64,000 nucleotides of DNA from Octopus sinensis (taxonomy: Eukaryota): NCBI RefSeq assembly GCF_006345805.1, contig NC_043019.1, positions 30,875,360-30,939,359 of the forward strand. The letters run 5' to 3'. Made by a program: the position numbers and the translations under genes. A model generated the notes under the pieces. That model did no database searches. It saw only the letters and a program-made list of their open reading frames with translations, and was not told the DNA's origin. Positions 49,523-62,409 of this stretch are shown here, one piece after another. The first letter of the stretch is position 1. Each line of letters opens with the position of its first letter.

Positions 49523-50017
49523 ATGTATATACATATATAAAGAGAGAGAGAGAGATGTTGAGTTTCTTTCAGTTTCTGTCTAGGAAACCCTCTCACAACA
49601 CTTCAATCAGCCTGGTGCTACAGCAGAAGACATTTGCCCAAAATGTCACATAGTAACATAGAGGGACTGAACTCAGAACCATGTGGTTGTAAAGCAAACT
49701 TTGTTACCACATGGCCACACCTGCACCTATATTCATTATAAACATTTATATTTCTAACATTATTTTTTGTTTCTTCAGAAAATGTAATGAGTGTCATGTT
49801 TGTATCATATTCTATTCTTCTGCTAGAATTTTCTTCTGAATTTAATGCCAGAATGCAAAGGGTTGTAATTTCTAAACAAATTGAATCACTGCACAGATGT
49901 CCCCTCATTTATCATATCTACACTGTATTTAGTCTTGACCGAAATTAGGCCCACAGGGAGCCATTATACAGATGGATATAACTCCAGATATATCTATTTA
50001 TGGTATTTTAATTCTTA

Positions 50018-50403
50018 CAGGCGTTGGAGTGGCTGTGTGGTAAGTAGCTTGCTTACCAACCACATGGTTCTGGGTTCAGTCCCACTGTATGGCACCTTGG
50101 GCAAGTGTTTTCTACTATAGCCTCGGGCTGATGAAAGCCTTGTGAGTGGATTTGGTACACGGAAGCTGAAAGAAGCCCGTCACATATATATATATAGATA
50201 TGTATGTGCGTGTATATGTCCCCCCCCCCCCAACATCGCTTGACAACCGATGCTGGTGTGTTTATGTCCCCGTAACTTAGCAGTTTGGCAAAAGAGAACG
50301 ATAGAATAAGTACTAGGCTTACAAAGAATAAGTCCTGGGGTTGATTTACTCGACAAAAGGCGGTGCTCCAGCATGGCCACAGCCAAATAACTGAAACAAG
50401 TAG
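50018..50403 (+). mobile_element. SINE family A
   Basis: Family A consensus. Confidence 0.88.
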
Positions 50404-50925
50404 AACTCTAGTCAATATTCCATAAAGATTATTTGTTAGCAATTCACAAATGAAACTAAGTTCTTTTGTGAACAAGTCAAAGACTGATATATGGAACAAA
50501 CATTTTAGAATTATTATACAGTTTAGGAATTCCAGGGTTTTGAAGATTGTGGAACCACCTCTTAATCACTATTGTCCCTAGGTCTACTCTGACCTGGAGT
50601 CGTGGCACCTGTTAGGGTCCAAATTATGGGCTAAATAGTATGTAACCACTCATGTGAAGGTACATTGAAACCATAGGATGCAGCATGGTGGATGTGAACT
50701 ATATGAGTTGATGAACTTCATTGGATGCTGTGTGGATGAAGAGAAAACAAACTGACAATGGTTACGATCAGCCAGTTCAGTTAGCAATCTACTGCTACTG
50801 TCTGTAGTTGTGTCATGTGCAGATGAGATATTTCAGTTAATGAAAGACCAGTGTGACTGAAACCCAAGCCAGACATTCATGCCACATTGTTTGATTGGGA
50901 CATCTGGCATGGGAGGAGTTGCATT

Positions 50926-51148
50926 GGCGGTGAGCTGGCAGAAACGTTAGCCCGCTGGGCGAAATGCTTAGCGGTATTTCGTCTGCCGTTACGTTCTGAG
51001 TTCAAATTCCGCCGAGGTCAACTTTGCCTTTCGTCCTTTCGGGGGTCGATAAATTAAGTACCAGTTACACACTGGGGTCGATGTAATCGACTTGTCTGTC
51101 CTTGTTTGTCCCCTCTGTATTTAGCCCCTTGTGGGTAATAAAGAAACA
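50926..51148 (+). mobile_element. SINE family B, CpG-retaining
   Basis: Closely matches 23714-23947. Confidence 0.9.
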
Positions 51149-51748
51149 AGTAAATCACCTGACCTAGATGGATGGATGTCGCCTGCCTCTGGGAAACAGC
51201 TGGTAAGAACGTGATAAGTGTTCAGCAAATAAACAGTTATAATTCTTTCTTCTGCTTATCTTCTATTATAATCTATTATAATCCCATTTGTACTCAGTGT
51301 TCAGTAATCTATGTTCGTAGATATAAAATGGCACTACAATGTAAAACAAGCTGAAACAATAATCAATTGTGTCTGACAAAACTGATACATAAATTTCTAT
51401 TTTGCTTTTCATTTGCGATATTTCATACCTTATTTAACTCTAGGTGCGTTTCGAATATAATAGAAATTCTCTTTTACAGAGACAAATAGAAATTTATCTG
51501 AATAACTTGTTAACTGAGAAACTGGTTTATTTTTTTGCTTTTCCTGTAATCTACTTTAGAGAATTATTAATAGTTCAGCGTTTATCTGAAACTTATTCTG
51601 CGTATATTTAACAGTTAAATAAAAGATCTGAAATGCCTCAGATAGATATGAATTCTTGCATTCTTCATTGTCTGTTTACAAATAGTTTACTTCACATAAA
51701 TCTTTATTTTTTTATGTACAAAAAAATAAAAGATTCTATGTGTTACAA

Positions 51749-52024
51749 CAGTGGTTCCCAAAGTGGGTGGTATCCTGCCCCCAGGGGTGGTGGAAAGTTT
51801 CAAGGGGGCATTGAAGAAAAGTGAGGGCAATAATAGGGTGGCAATTCATGTAAAAACAACAAAATAATGGGTTCATTAGGTTAAGTTATATTTGTGAAAT
51901 GGAGTTGCTTTGAATTTACTTCAGAAAGAGGTCTATCATTGTGATGGTTAGTTAGGGTGGGAGCACTAGGAATGTGGCCTAGGTGTCAAGGGGGCAGTAA
52001 CCTCAAAAAGTTTGGGAACCACTG
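51749..52024. mobile_element. hAT (Charlie-type) MITE
   Basis: TIR CAGTGGTTCCCAAA / TTTGGGAACCACTG; 8-bp TSD TGTTACAA/TATTACAA. Confidence 0.9.
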
Positions 52025-53113
52025 TATTACAAGAACATTTTTTTCAGCCCTAATATATAACTGGTATTTTATGAATTTGAGGAGGGTGAAAGATAAAGTT
52101 GAAATCAATGGAATTTGAAATTATTAAATTTCTTTTCTAAATATAATTTTGTGTATCCATAAATATCATATTCCAAACTTTAGATTACTTTCATTATAGA
52201 AAGCTACACCACTTGATGTTATCATTATTGAAGGCCTTCTTTGGTTTATAACCCTAGGCACAATAAACCATGGGAAATAATACTTGGCAGCACGCTGGCA
52301 GAAATGTTAGCACGCTGGGTGAAATGCTTAGCGGTATTTCATCTGTCTTTATGTTCTGAGTTCAAATTCCGCCTAGGTCGACTTTGCCTTTCATCCTTTC
52401 AGGGTCGATAAATTAAGTACCAGTTGCGTATTGGGACCGATCTAATCAACTGGGCCCCCCTCCCCAAAAATTTCAGACATGTACCTAGAGTAGAAAAGAA
52501 TACTAGTCGATTACATCACCTTCAGTGCTCACCTGGTTCTTATTTTATCAAATTGAAAGGTGAGAGGCAAAATTTACCTCAGTGGAATTTAACCCTTTTG
52601 CATTTATTCCGGTCAAATCTGGCCCAAATATTATGCCTGTTTTATGTTAAACCTGGCCAGATCCAACCTCTCAAACCTACCCAATAATGTCATTCTAAAA
52701 ATATACAAACACACCATTGAAATTTTGAAGTTACAAAATAATGCGTGAGTAATTCAAAACGATATAAATGAATAAGCCAGTACTTTTAACAAAGAAATTT
52801 TAATGCTAAAGGACTCCCAACGTTGACAGACCAAATGCCACTTAGCACTTTGTCTGGTGCCCTAGTGGTTCTTATTTCTTTTACTACCCACAAGGGTCTA
52901 CACACAGAGGGGACCCCGAAAGGATGAAAGGCAAAGTTGAACTCAGCGGAATTTGAACTCAGAACGTCTCCTGGAAAAATGTATTTTTTTTAAAAAAATT
53001 TTTTCGGATTCCTACGTATTAGATGTCGGAGATTACGAATATGCAAAAAACAAATTTATAATTTCACCCTCCACCCCTCCCAATTTAAAATTTTGAACTT
53101 TTATCGAAGTATT

Positions 53114-53802
53114 GGATCTTTTCCTTTTGAACGGCAGTTTTCAACACAATTTCTAGTTAACTAAACACTTTTAAACTTCGTATACTGGTAGAATGTGTCA
53201 AAATAAAACATTTTTTTCTCTTGGCTTTCTTGAGAAAATTGTAATTTGTAAGTTTAACGTAGTTTAATTTTTCGAATTTTAACCAATCAATTGCCTCTAA
53301 TTGAGCTAAAATCATTTGCTGCGTCAAAAACTGAGACAACATCCTGTCACTAACCCTAAATTTTAGTCTTTCGTTTTTTTTCTTAATTGTTAAATTAATT
53401 TAATTGTTACGCGTGTCTAAAATTATTCGTTTTGCTTTTGTTTTGAGTTTTTGCTTTCGATTTTGCCTTTCGTTTTTTTTCTTAATTGTTAAATTAATTT
53501 AAGGATAACAATTAAGAAAAAAAACGAAAGGCTAAAATTTAGGGTTAGGGTTATGGTTAGGGTTAGTGACAGGATGTTGTCTCAGTTTTAGACGCAGCAA
53601 ATGATTTTAGCTCTATATAGGGCATAGGATTGGTTAAAATTCGAAAAATTAAACTACGTTAAACTTACAAATTACAATTTTCTCAAGAAAGCCAAGAGAA
53701 AAAAATGTTTTATTTTGACACGTTCTACCAGTATACGAAGTTTAAAAGTGTTTAGTTAACTAGAAATTGTGTTGAAAACTGCCGTTCAAAAGGAAAAGAA
53801 TC
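53114..53802. mobile_element. Fold-back MITE with ~280-bp TIRs and TTAGGG repeats (Merlin-like)
   Basis: 53114-53392 is the near reverse complement of 53505-53802; GGATCTTTTC terminus shared with 54028-54434. Confidence 0.8.
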
Positions 53803-54027
53803 GAAGATGACGGAGATTCCGAATATGCAAGAAAACACGTTTTCAAAATTTTAAATTCAATAAGCATGTAGATATGCGTATAAAGAGATAGAGAGATATG
53901 AATGTCTTCCTGTGGTTAAAAACAACAATCATACCGCCTTCTATAGGACCACCACATTTAGTTGACAAATATATTTTTATGAATAAACGGATAAGGATAA
54001 ATTGATAGACAGACAAATAAATAAATG

Positions 54028-54434
54028 GGATCTTTTCGGTTTGAATGGCAGTTTTTAACATAATTTCTAGGTAACTAAAAAATTTTAAACTTCGTATACC
54101 GGTAGAATGTGTTTATAAAACATATTTTTCTCTTGGCTTTATAGTTTGTAAGATATTTGTTGTTTTTTTCTTCAATTTCTGCAATTTCAACCAATCAATG
54201 ACATCCATTGAGGTAAAAAAGACATTCTGTGCCATATGAATATGTCCCTCGTTTAAGAAACAGATTGGGTTTATTTACATTTGTGAAGAAAAAAGATACC
54301 CTTCCTCCCACCCCTAACTAACCCTAACCCTAAAACAGATTGAAATGCAATAGATCGATACTAGGGTCATAATTATGGGTGACAAATTCATATGACACTG
54401 GTAGAAAAAACTGCCATTCAAACCGAAAAGATCC
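54028..54434. mobile_element. Merlin-like MITE with 29-bp perfect TIRs, 8-bp TSD and TAACCC repeats
   Basis: TIR GGATCTTTTCGGTTTGAATGGCAGTTTTT; TSD AATAAATG at 54020-54027 and 54435-54442. 5'-GG TIRs with an 8-bp TSD fit Merlin. Confidence 0.8.
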
Positions 54435-54686
54435 AATAAATGGAGGAAAAAGTTCGAAATTTAAAATTGGAGAGGTTGAAATTTGAGGCCCTAATTAAAC
54501 TTTATAACAATCATTAAACATTAATGTTTTGTTTCTCATAAAATGGTGTATATTTAATTTACATTAAATTGTTAATTACGGTTATTTAAGGCAAACACAA
54601 GTAAAACGCCAATTCTTTTCACTTTAATGATTTTGTCTGTATTTAATTTCGATTTGCATATGTTCGTCAATTCGCTACAATCTCTT

Positions 54687-54992
54687 TTGAGGCACATAGC
54701 CTAGTCGTTAGAGCAGCGAACTCACGGTCGAGGGGTCGCGGGTTTGAAACTCAGACCAGGCGACGTGTGTGTTAATGAGCAAAACACTTAAGTTCCACGC
54801 AGCTCCGGCAGAAGGTAATGGCGAACTTCTGCTTACTCTTCCGCCACGACTTTCTCTCACTCTTTCCTCCTGCATCTTGCAGCTCACCTGCGACGGACCG
54901 GCGTCCCGTCCAGGTGGGGAACCTATACGCCAAGGAAAACGGGAAACCGACCTTTATGAGCCAGGAATGGCTCAAGAAGGAACAAACAACAA
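54687..54992 (+). mobile_element. tRNA-derived SINE family C
   Basis: Reverse complement of 42892-43176, with more CpGs preserved. Confidence 0.88.
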
Positions 54993-55469
54993 ATTGGTGG
55001 TGGGGGGGGTGAAATTAAAGAAAAAATTTTTTTTGCATATTCGTGACCTTCAAAATGATAAAGGGGAAATTTTTCTTTGAAAAAATTTTTAATCCGTGGT
55101 TTTGGAACATGGCCCCACCCTACCTCACCGGGACCATCACCATTAATTCCGTCACCCCATATTATAATATTCCATACATTTGAAACACATGTAATCTGCA
55201 TTTAAAAAGTTCTTTTTCACTTCAGAATTAAACCTTTTCTTTTCAACATCAAAAACGTAGGAATCCAGAAAAAAAATTTCGAAAAAGATACATTTTTCTC
55301 GGAGAAGTGCGATTCTGCATTAGCCCCTAAGGTTTTGTTAGAAACATGTGAAGACTTCCACGTTGTTTCCAGTAGTTGCATGCAGCATGCTGAATTTTTC
55401 AAATTGTAATGATAATTTATGGACACCATGTATGTATATAAAAGAATAAACAACTATATATGTATACAA

Positions 55470-55687
55470 TGTGCTTCTTTCAGTTTCTGTCTACCATATT
55501 CACTCACAAGGCTTTGGTTGATCCAAAGCTATAGTGGAAGACATCTGCCCAAGGTGCCACTACGTGGGACTGAACCCGGAACTATGTGGTTGGGAAGCAA
55601 GATTCTTACCACACAGCCAGTGTGTGCATATATATATATATATGCATATATAATGTGTGCATATATATATATATAGGCACGCACACA

Positions 55688-55726
<39 letters not shown>

Positions 55727-56285
55727 CAAGCTTCTTTTAGTTTCCGTCTACCTAATCCAGTCACAAAGCTTTGGATTGGACTGAAGCTGTAGCAAATGAC
55801 ACTTGCCCAAAGGTGCTTTATAGTGTGGTTGGGAAGCAAGCTTCTTACCACACAGCCAGTGTGTGCATATATATATATATGCATATATATATATGTATGC
55901 ATATATTGGCCTACTCGCTTAGCCAGTGGGGTGGCGTCATTCGAAGGCTAAAACAATGCGAACGCATTGTGACCAGCGATGTGTAGCAACATCTGATAGT
56001 TTGGTCGGTCACGTGATCACGTGATATGCATATATATATATATGCATATATATAATGTGTGCATATATATATATATATGCATATATATATATATATAGGC
56101 ATGCACACACACACACACACACACACACAACAAGCTTTTAGTTTCCGTTTACCTAATCCAGTCGCAAAGCTTTGGATTGGACTGAGGCTGTAGCAAATGA
56201 CGCTTACCCAAAGGTGCTTTATAGTGGAACTGAACCCAGAATCATGTTCTTTGAAAGCAAACCATTTTGCCACACATTTACACCT
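55470..56285 (-). mobile_element. Three tandem family-A 5' halves, two arising from a local duplication
   Basis: ~55625-55830 is repeated at ~56025-56225, including the same microsatellite pattern. Confidence 0.8.
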
Positions 56286-57742
56286 GTTCGGCAAGGTCGT
56301 TCATATGTCAGGAGATGGTCGAACATTTGCTGGTGCATTCTTTTGTTTGAATATATAAAAATAAATGCACTTTCTGTAAGCTTCCGAGAATGACGTCATG
56401 TATTGTGAAATCACCTGACACAGGTTTGACACTTTCTGTAATGTTTTATTTTACAAATGGCAAAAAGTGAAAAAAAAATAAATAAATAAATAAAATAAAA
56501 CATGGGGTAAATATTGTTTCACTATTTCAAAATTCATTTACTTATTTTGCCGTGTAGAAAAAGGGAAGGATTTTACAGAATGGTAAAAGGGGGAAAATAT
56601 AAGATTCATAATTCTAGGGCGAAAAAAATAAAGAAAAATTATGTGCGACAGCTATTTCGGAATGACTGTCCCACATAAGTTGGATTTTTCGCCGTTCTCA
56701 GTGGGATTTTTCAGAAATCATTTTTTGCACCCACTGCTTCAAATTGATAATGGGGAAATTTTTCTTTGAAAAAATTTTTAATCCGTGATTTTGGAACGTG
56801 GCCCCACCCTACCTCACCGGGACCATCACCATTAATTCCATCACCCCATGTTAAAATATTCCATACATTTGAAACACATGTAATCTGCATTTTTAAAGAG
56901 GCAAAATTAGTCAAAAAATTTCATGATCACCGGCCTCGGTTAACAAATTCTTTTTCACTTCAGAATTAAACCTTTTCTTTTCAAACTTTTTTTACATTTA
57001 TAAAAAGTAAATGAATTTTAAAGTAAGAGTGGAACTATATTTACCCCCATATTTAGTGAAAAAAAAGTGTTTTAATGAGAACTCAGAATATCACATAATG
57101 TACTACTGACAAACAAATTTACTATAGAATTACAAATCATCCTGTATGAGAATAAAAGAATAAACTAAAATAATATATCTTACCTTCACATTAAATTTAT
57201 ATCCCATTACGGTTTCAAAGCAGTTTCATACGGCTTTTTTCTCTTCTAATTTTCTTTTCTAGCAGCCAAAAAGTTAAAAAAACACATTTGACGGAAAATA
57301 GGGTCAGTTTTTTTTTCCCAGAATGGGTGTGGTTATTTGAATTTAATTACAATGTGTGGGCCGTTACATTACTATTTTGTCGACTCTTCAGGGTATTATA
57401 AAGAGAACTTGCTGCTTTAGTTTCTAGAAAATGTCAACATTTACATAGATATATCGTTCACAAACGGGTCTATCAAGGCGGACTGTTTGAATTGATTTAG
57501 AGCTTAATGTGTGTATGTGTAAACCTAAAGTGTACACACACAGATCTGTTTGCTGTTGAAAGTTTTATTTGAATAGATGATAAGAAACGGGATATATATG
57601 AATGCGTGTGACCTTTCCATATGAAGGGTTTTAACGGTAAGCTATATCATCGCCTATAATTCGTATAATTTCTTTTATTATAATAATAATAATAATAATA
57701 ATTATAATAATAATAATAATAATTATAATAATAATAATAATG

Positions 57743-57782
<40 letters not shown>

Positions 57783-57928
57783 TGATGATAATAATAATGA
57801 TAATAATAATAATGATAATAATGATGATAATAATAATAATAATGATAATAATAATAATAATAATGATGATGATAATAATAACAATAATAATAATAATAAT
57901 AATAATAATGATGATAATAATAATAATA

Positions 57929-57974
<46 letters not shown>

Positions 57975-57994
57975 TGATGATAATAATAATAATG

Positions 57995-58028
<34 letters not shown>

Positions 58029-58123
58029 TAATAATAATAATAATAATAATGATAATAATGATGATAATAATAATAATAATAATGATAATAATGATAATAA
58101 TAATAATAATAATGATAATAATG

Positions 58124-58175
<52 letters not shown>

Positions 58176-58195
58176 TGATAATAATAATAATAATG

Positions 58196-58229
<34 letters not shown>

Positions 58230-58281
58230 TGATGATGATAATAATAATAATAATGATAATAATAATAAAATAATGATGATG

Positions 58282-58321
<40 letters not shown>

Positions 58322-58411
58322 TGATAATAATAATAATAAATAATAATAATAATAATAATAATGATAATAATAATAATAATAATAATAATGATGATGATGA
58401 TAATAATAATG

Positions 58412-58467
<56 letters not shown>

Positions 58468-58470
<3 letters not shown>

Positions 58471-59260
58471 CCGGAACTACCAGGCCAATGTGATGAAAAA
58501 TGGAGCAGACCCAAAATGCCGATTCTGCAAAGACATGATTGAAACAGTGGACCACCTAATCTCTGGATGTAAAGTCTTAGCACCAGTGGAGTATAAATTA
58601 AGACATGACAGAGTTGGCCAATATCTCCACTGGCTAATAAGTCTGCATTACAATATCAAAACTGCCGACAAGTGGTATAATCACCACTCTGAGGCTATAA
58701 CTGAAGGAGAAAATGTAACCATTCTGTGGGACTTTCCAGTACATACAGACCGAACCATCAAGGCCAATAAACCAGATATTGTTGTGAAAGACCAAAACAA
58801 TAAAGTTTGCTTATTGATCGACATGAGCATCCCCTGTGATCATAATATCTCAGCGAAAGAGTTTGACAAGCTCAGAAAATATAAAGACCTACTCATTGAA
58901 ATTGAGAAAATGTGGCATCTCAAGGCGGTTACAATACCAGTGATCATAGGAGCACTAGGAATGATCAAGGAGGGAACCGAAAATTATATGAGAATGATCC
59001 CTGGCTTACTATCCCTGCAAGAAGTGCAAAAGATTGTCTTAACTGGTACATCACACGTATTGAGAAGAGCATTGTCGATGTGAGAACTGTTGCTGCTCAT
59101 GTATTTTAATTTAACTTTAAAAAAAAAAATTAAAAAAATGAACGAACTACTGAGTTTGGTTTAATGGCCTACCAATGTATACTATGAATTTCTTTGCCCT
59201 AGGAGTCGGGAAGACACTCGGCAAGAAATGGAAGCAAATTTGAAAGAAGAAAAAAAAAAG
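58468..59260 (+). mobile_element. 5'-truncated R4/Dong-clade non-LTR retrotransposon (CCHC knuckle, restriction-like endonuclease, 3' UTR)
   Basis: Uninterrupted frame to 59083: CRFC..ETVDHLISGC..RHDRV..WDFPVHTDRTIKANKPDIVVKD..IDMSIP..KLRKYKDL..PVIIGALG; inserted in (TAA)n, the known Dong target. Confidence 0.92.
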
Positions 59261-59295
59261 TAATAATAATAATAATGATGATAATAATAATGATG

Positions 59296-59329
<34 letters not shown>

Positions 59330-59344
59330 TAATAATAATAATAA

Positions 59345-59559
59345 TGGTTTCAAATTTTGCAACAAGAGCAGCAATTTTGGGGGAGGAACTGAGTCAATTA
59401 CATCGACCCCCAGTGTTCAACTGGTACTTATTTTATCGATTCCAAAAGGATGAAAGGCAAAGTCGACCTCGGCGGAATTTGAACTCAGAACATTGCAACG
59501 GGCGAACTACCGCTAAGTATTTCGTCCAGCGTATTAATGATTCTGCCAGTTCTTTGCCC
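59345..59559 (-). mobile_element. SINE family B variant within (TAA)n
   Basis: CATCGACCCCCAGTG..AAGGATGAAAGGCAAAGTCGACCTCGGCGGAATTTGAACTC. Confidence 0.85.
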
Positions 59560-59600
<41 letters not shown>

Positions 59601-59611
59601 TGATGATAATG

Positions 59612-59675
<64 letters not shown>

Positions 59676-59683
59676 TGATAATA

Positions 59684-59734
<51 letters not shown>

Positions 59735-59894
59735 TGATAATTAATAATAATAATAGTAATAATAATAATAATAATAATGATAATAATAATAATAATAATA
59801 ATGATAATAATAATAATAATAAATAATAATGATAATAATAATAATATAATATAATAATAATATAATAATAATAATGATAATAATAATAATAATA

Positions 59895-59943
<49 letters not shown>

Positions 59944-59951
59944 TGATAATG

Positions 59952-60005
<54 letters not shown>

Positions 60006-60013
60006 TAATGATG

Positions 60014-60057
<44 letters not shown>

Positions 60058-60067
60058 TAATAATAAT

Positions 60068-60400
60068 GGGAGCATCATAGCCATGTGTCGAGAGGGATTC
60101 TTTGGGGTTTGAATAATTCACCTCTGGAAACATGGGTGGTTCTTTCAACATCCTTAAACAACCCTTATTCAGGGACCGTTTGAGCGGGATGGGCTACTCA
60201 ACCTGAAGAAAATTCTAACTGGGCCCCACCTGCAAGGTCATGTGCTGTTTATCTTGATATGAGATCACCATGTCGCGCACATATGGTTGTGATGCATGTG
60301 CCTGGTGTACCTTTATCAGACGGGTAGTCATGATGGGTATATTGGGCTTCGTATATTTTACCCCAGTGTCACTTTGATGGCATGAACTGCTCTCTCACTC
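60068..60400 (+). mobile_element. Element X, 5'-truncated copy in (TAA)n
   Basis: Matches ~6403-6735; same CTCTCACTC-AAT 3' junction. Confidence 0.88.
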
Positions 60401-60567
60401 AATAATAATAATAATGATATAATAATAATATAATAGTAATAATAATAATAATAATAATATAATAATAATAAAATGATGATAATGATAATAATAATAATAA
60501 TATAATAATAATAATAATAATAATGATGATATAATAATAAATAATAATAATAATGATGATGATAATG

Positions 60568-60606
<39 letters not shown>

Positions 60607-60664
60607 TGATGATAATAATAATAATAATAATAATAAAATAATGATGATGATGATGATGATGATG

Positions 60665-60696
<32 letters not shown>

Positions 60697-60705
60697 TAAT
60701 AATAA

Positions 60706-61244
60706 TGCCCTGATGCAGTACCAGGCAGTGGCTCTTGTGGCTTCTGATCTTAACTGATTGGAAGTGTTATCATGTACATTGTTTTGACTTGGTATAAAAG
60801 ATGGGCTACAGCAAATATTCTGCTCAATGCCACAGATTTGCTTGTCAGTTGTCTGACCATAACCAGTTGAGTATGTCCCTTAGTGGCTGACGATATGTGC
60901 ATCTCTGATCACGAGCAGAAGTAGTGGGGGAGCAATCATAGCCATATGTAGAGAGGAATTCTTTTGGGTTTCGAATAATTCACCTCTGGAAACATGGGTG
61001 ATTCATTCAACATCCTTAAACAACCCTTATTCAGGGACCTTTTGACCAGAAGAAAATTCTAACTGGGCCCCACCTGCAAGGTCATGTGCTGTTTATCTTG
61101 ATATGAAATCACCATGTCGTGCACATATAGTTGTGATTCATGTGCCTAGTGTACCCTTATCAGACGGATAGTCATGATGGGTATGCTGGGTTTTGTATAT
61201 TTTACCCCATTGTCTCTTTGATGGCATGCACTGCTCTCTCACTC
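60706..61244 (+). mobile_element. Element X, full-length copy in (TAA)n
   Basis: Same 5' and 3' boundaries as 6180-6735; small internal deletion near 61047. Confidence 0.88.
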
Positions 61245-62409
61245 AATGATAATAATAATAATAATAATAATAATAATATAATAATAATCCTTTCTACTAT
61301 AGGCACAAGGCCTGAAGTTTGGGGGAGGGGGCCAGACAATTAGATTGACCCAGTACGCAACTGGTACTTAATTTATCGATCCCGAAAGGATGAATGCGAC
61401 ACAAGGACTCAAATTTGCGGAGAGGGGACTAGTCGAATGAAGGAATGTACTTCAAAGAAATATTGACCATTTGTAAAAATATATCTTACGGTAAAAACAA
61501 TAAAAGTAAAACTGTTTCAAACAATTGTAATTCGTTTCATTTCCATGAAACATTCGGGTGTGACTGCTAGGACACTTTAGTATCAAGGTTTTCGATTTTC
61601 ACCTGGATATTATATCTTGATTTAATTAACTGACACTTCATTGGTTATGATAATGAGTGTTCCAGTTGATGTTCTAAAAAAGACCCAGCATAATTGGGCA
61701 TTCCCTAGACTGTTTTTTTATGAAGATGGGCACTTCTGCCTGAAATATAAAGGTTTTATTGAACTTATCGCATTGCTAGAAGCTCTCTATTCTCTCTCTT
61801 TTCACATTCTCTGATATCACAATGTCCAAGCAAGCTACAACACTCTTAATGTTCTAAAAAAGATTTTTCATTAGCATTATTTCTACATTTTTCTTTATAT
61901 ATAAATTTTTCTCTCCTAATTCATTTGGTTTCTCATTGCTCATTGTTACTGCTTTATATTTATTCTATTATTGCTCTCCTTTAAAAAAAAATTATTTCTG
62001 ATAAATATTAATTAAAAAATTAATTCTAAATAGAACAGATTCCATAATACTCAATGAAAAGAAAGTGCTGTTCAATTTAGAAATTCTAGCAACAATGAAT
62101 AGGCATCAATTAATGATCAATAAGAAATAATATAATATGAAAAATTAAGCTAAATTTATTATTAGAATAATGTTTATTAATTTTTCTGCATCGCCTGTAA
62201 TAAAAGTGGATTAGAATGAAAAAATGCAAGCAAGGGTTAACAATATTCTTAAGTATTTAATAAACCTGTAAAAGTACAGGGGAAGAAGTAAGCCTAAAAT
62301 ATAAGAAAAGAGCATAAAATATTCTTTTCCTCTCTAGGCATAAGGCCCAAAATTTTGATGGAGGAGCCAGTCGATTAGATCGCCCCCAGTACACAACTGG
62401 TACTTAATT

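Larger units (their letters stand above)
52968..55304. mobile_element. Unclassified long-TIR DNA element hosting nested insertions
   Basis: Left end CTCCTGGAAAAATGTATTTTT..GGATTCCTACGT matches the reverse complement of right end ACGTAGGAATCC..AAAAAGATACATTTTTCTCGGAG. Confidence 0.7.
57678..61288. repeat. ~3.6-kb interrupted (TAA)n/(TGA)n microsatellite field
   Basis: Directly visible; interrupted by four insertions. Confidence 0.97.

Noticed and set aside
53539-53566. Telomere or chromosome-fusion scar
   Set aside because: Only a few hexamers, located inside MITE arms.
57647-60151. Long ORFs of poly-Y, L, I or N
   Set aside because: Translations of (TAA)n/(TTA)n; only the part of ORF 58361-59083 after ~58468 is genuine retrotransposon coding sequence.
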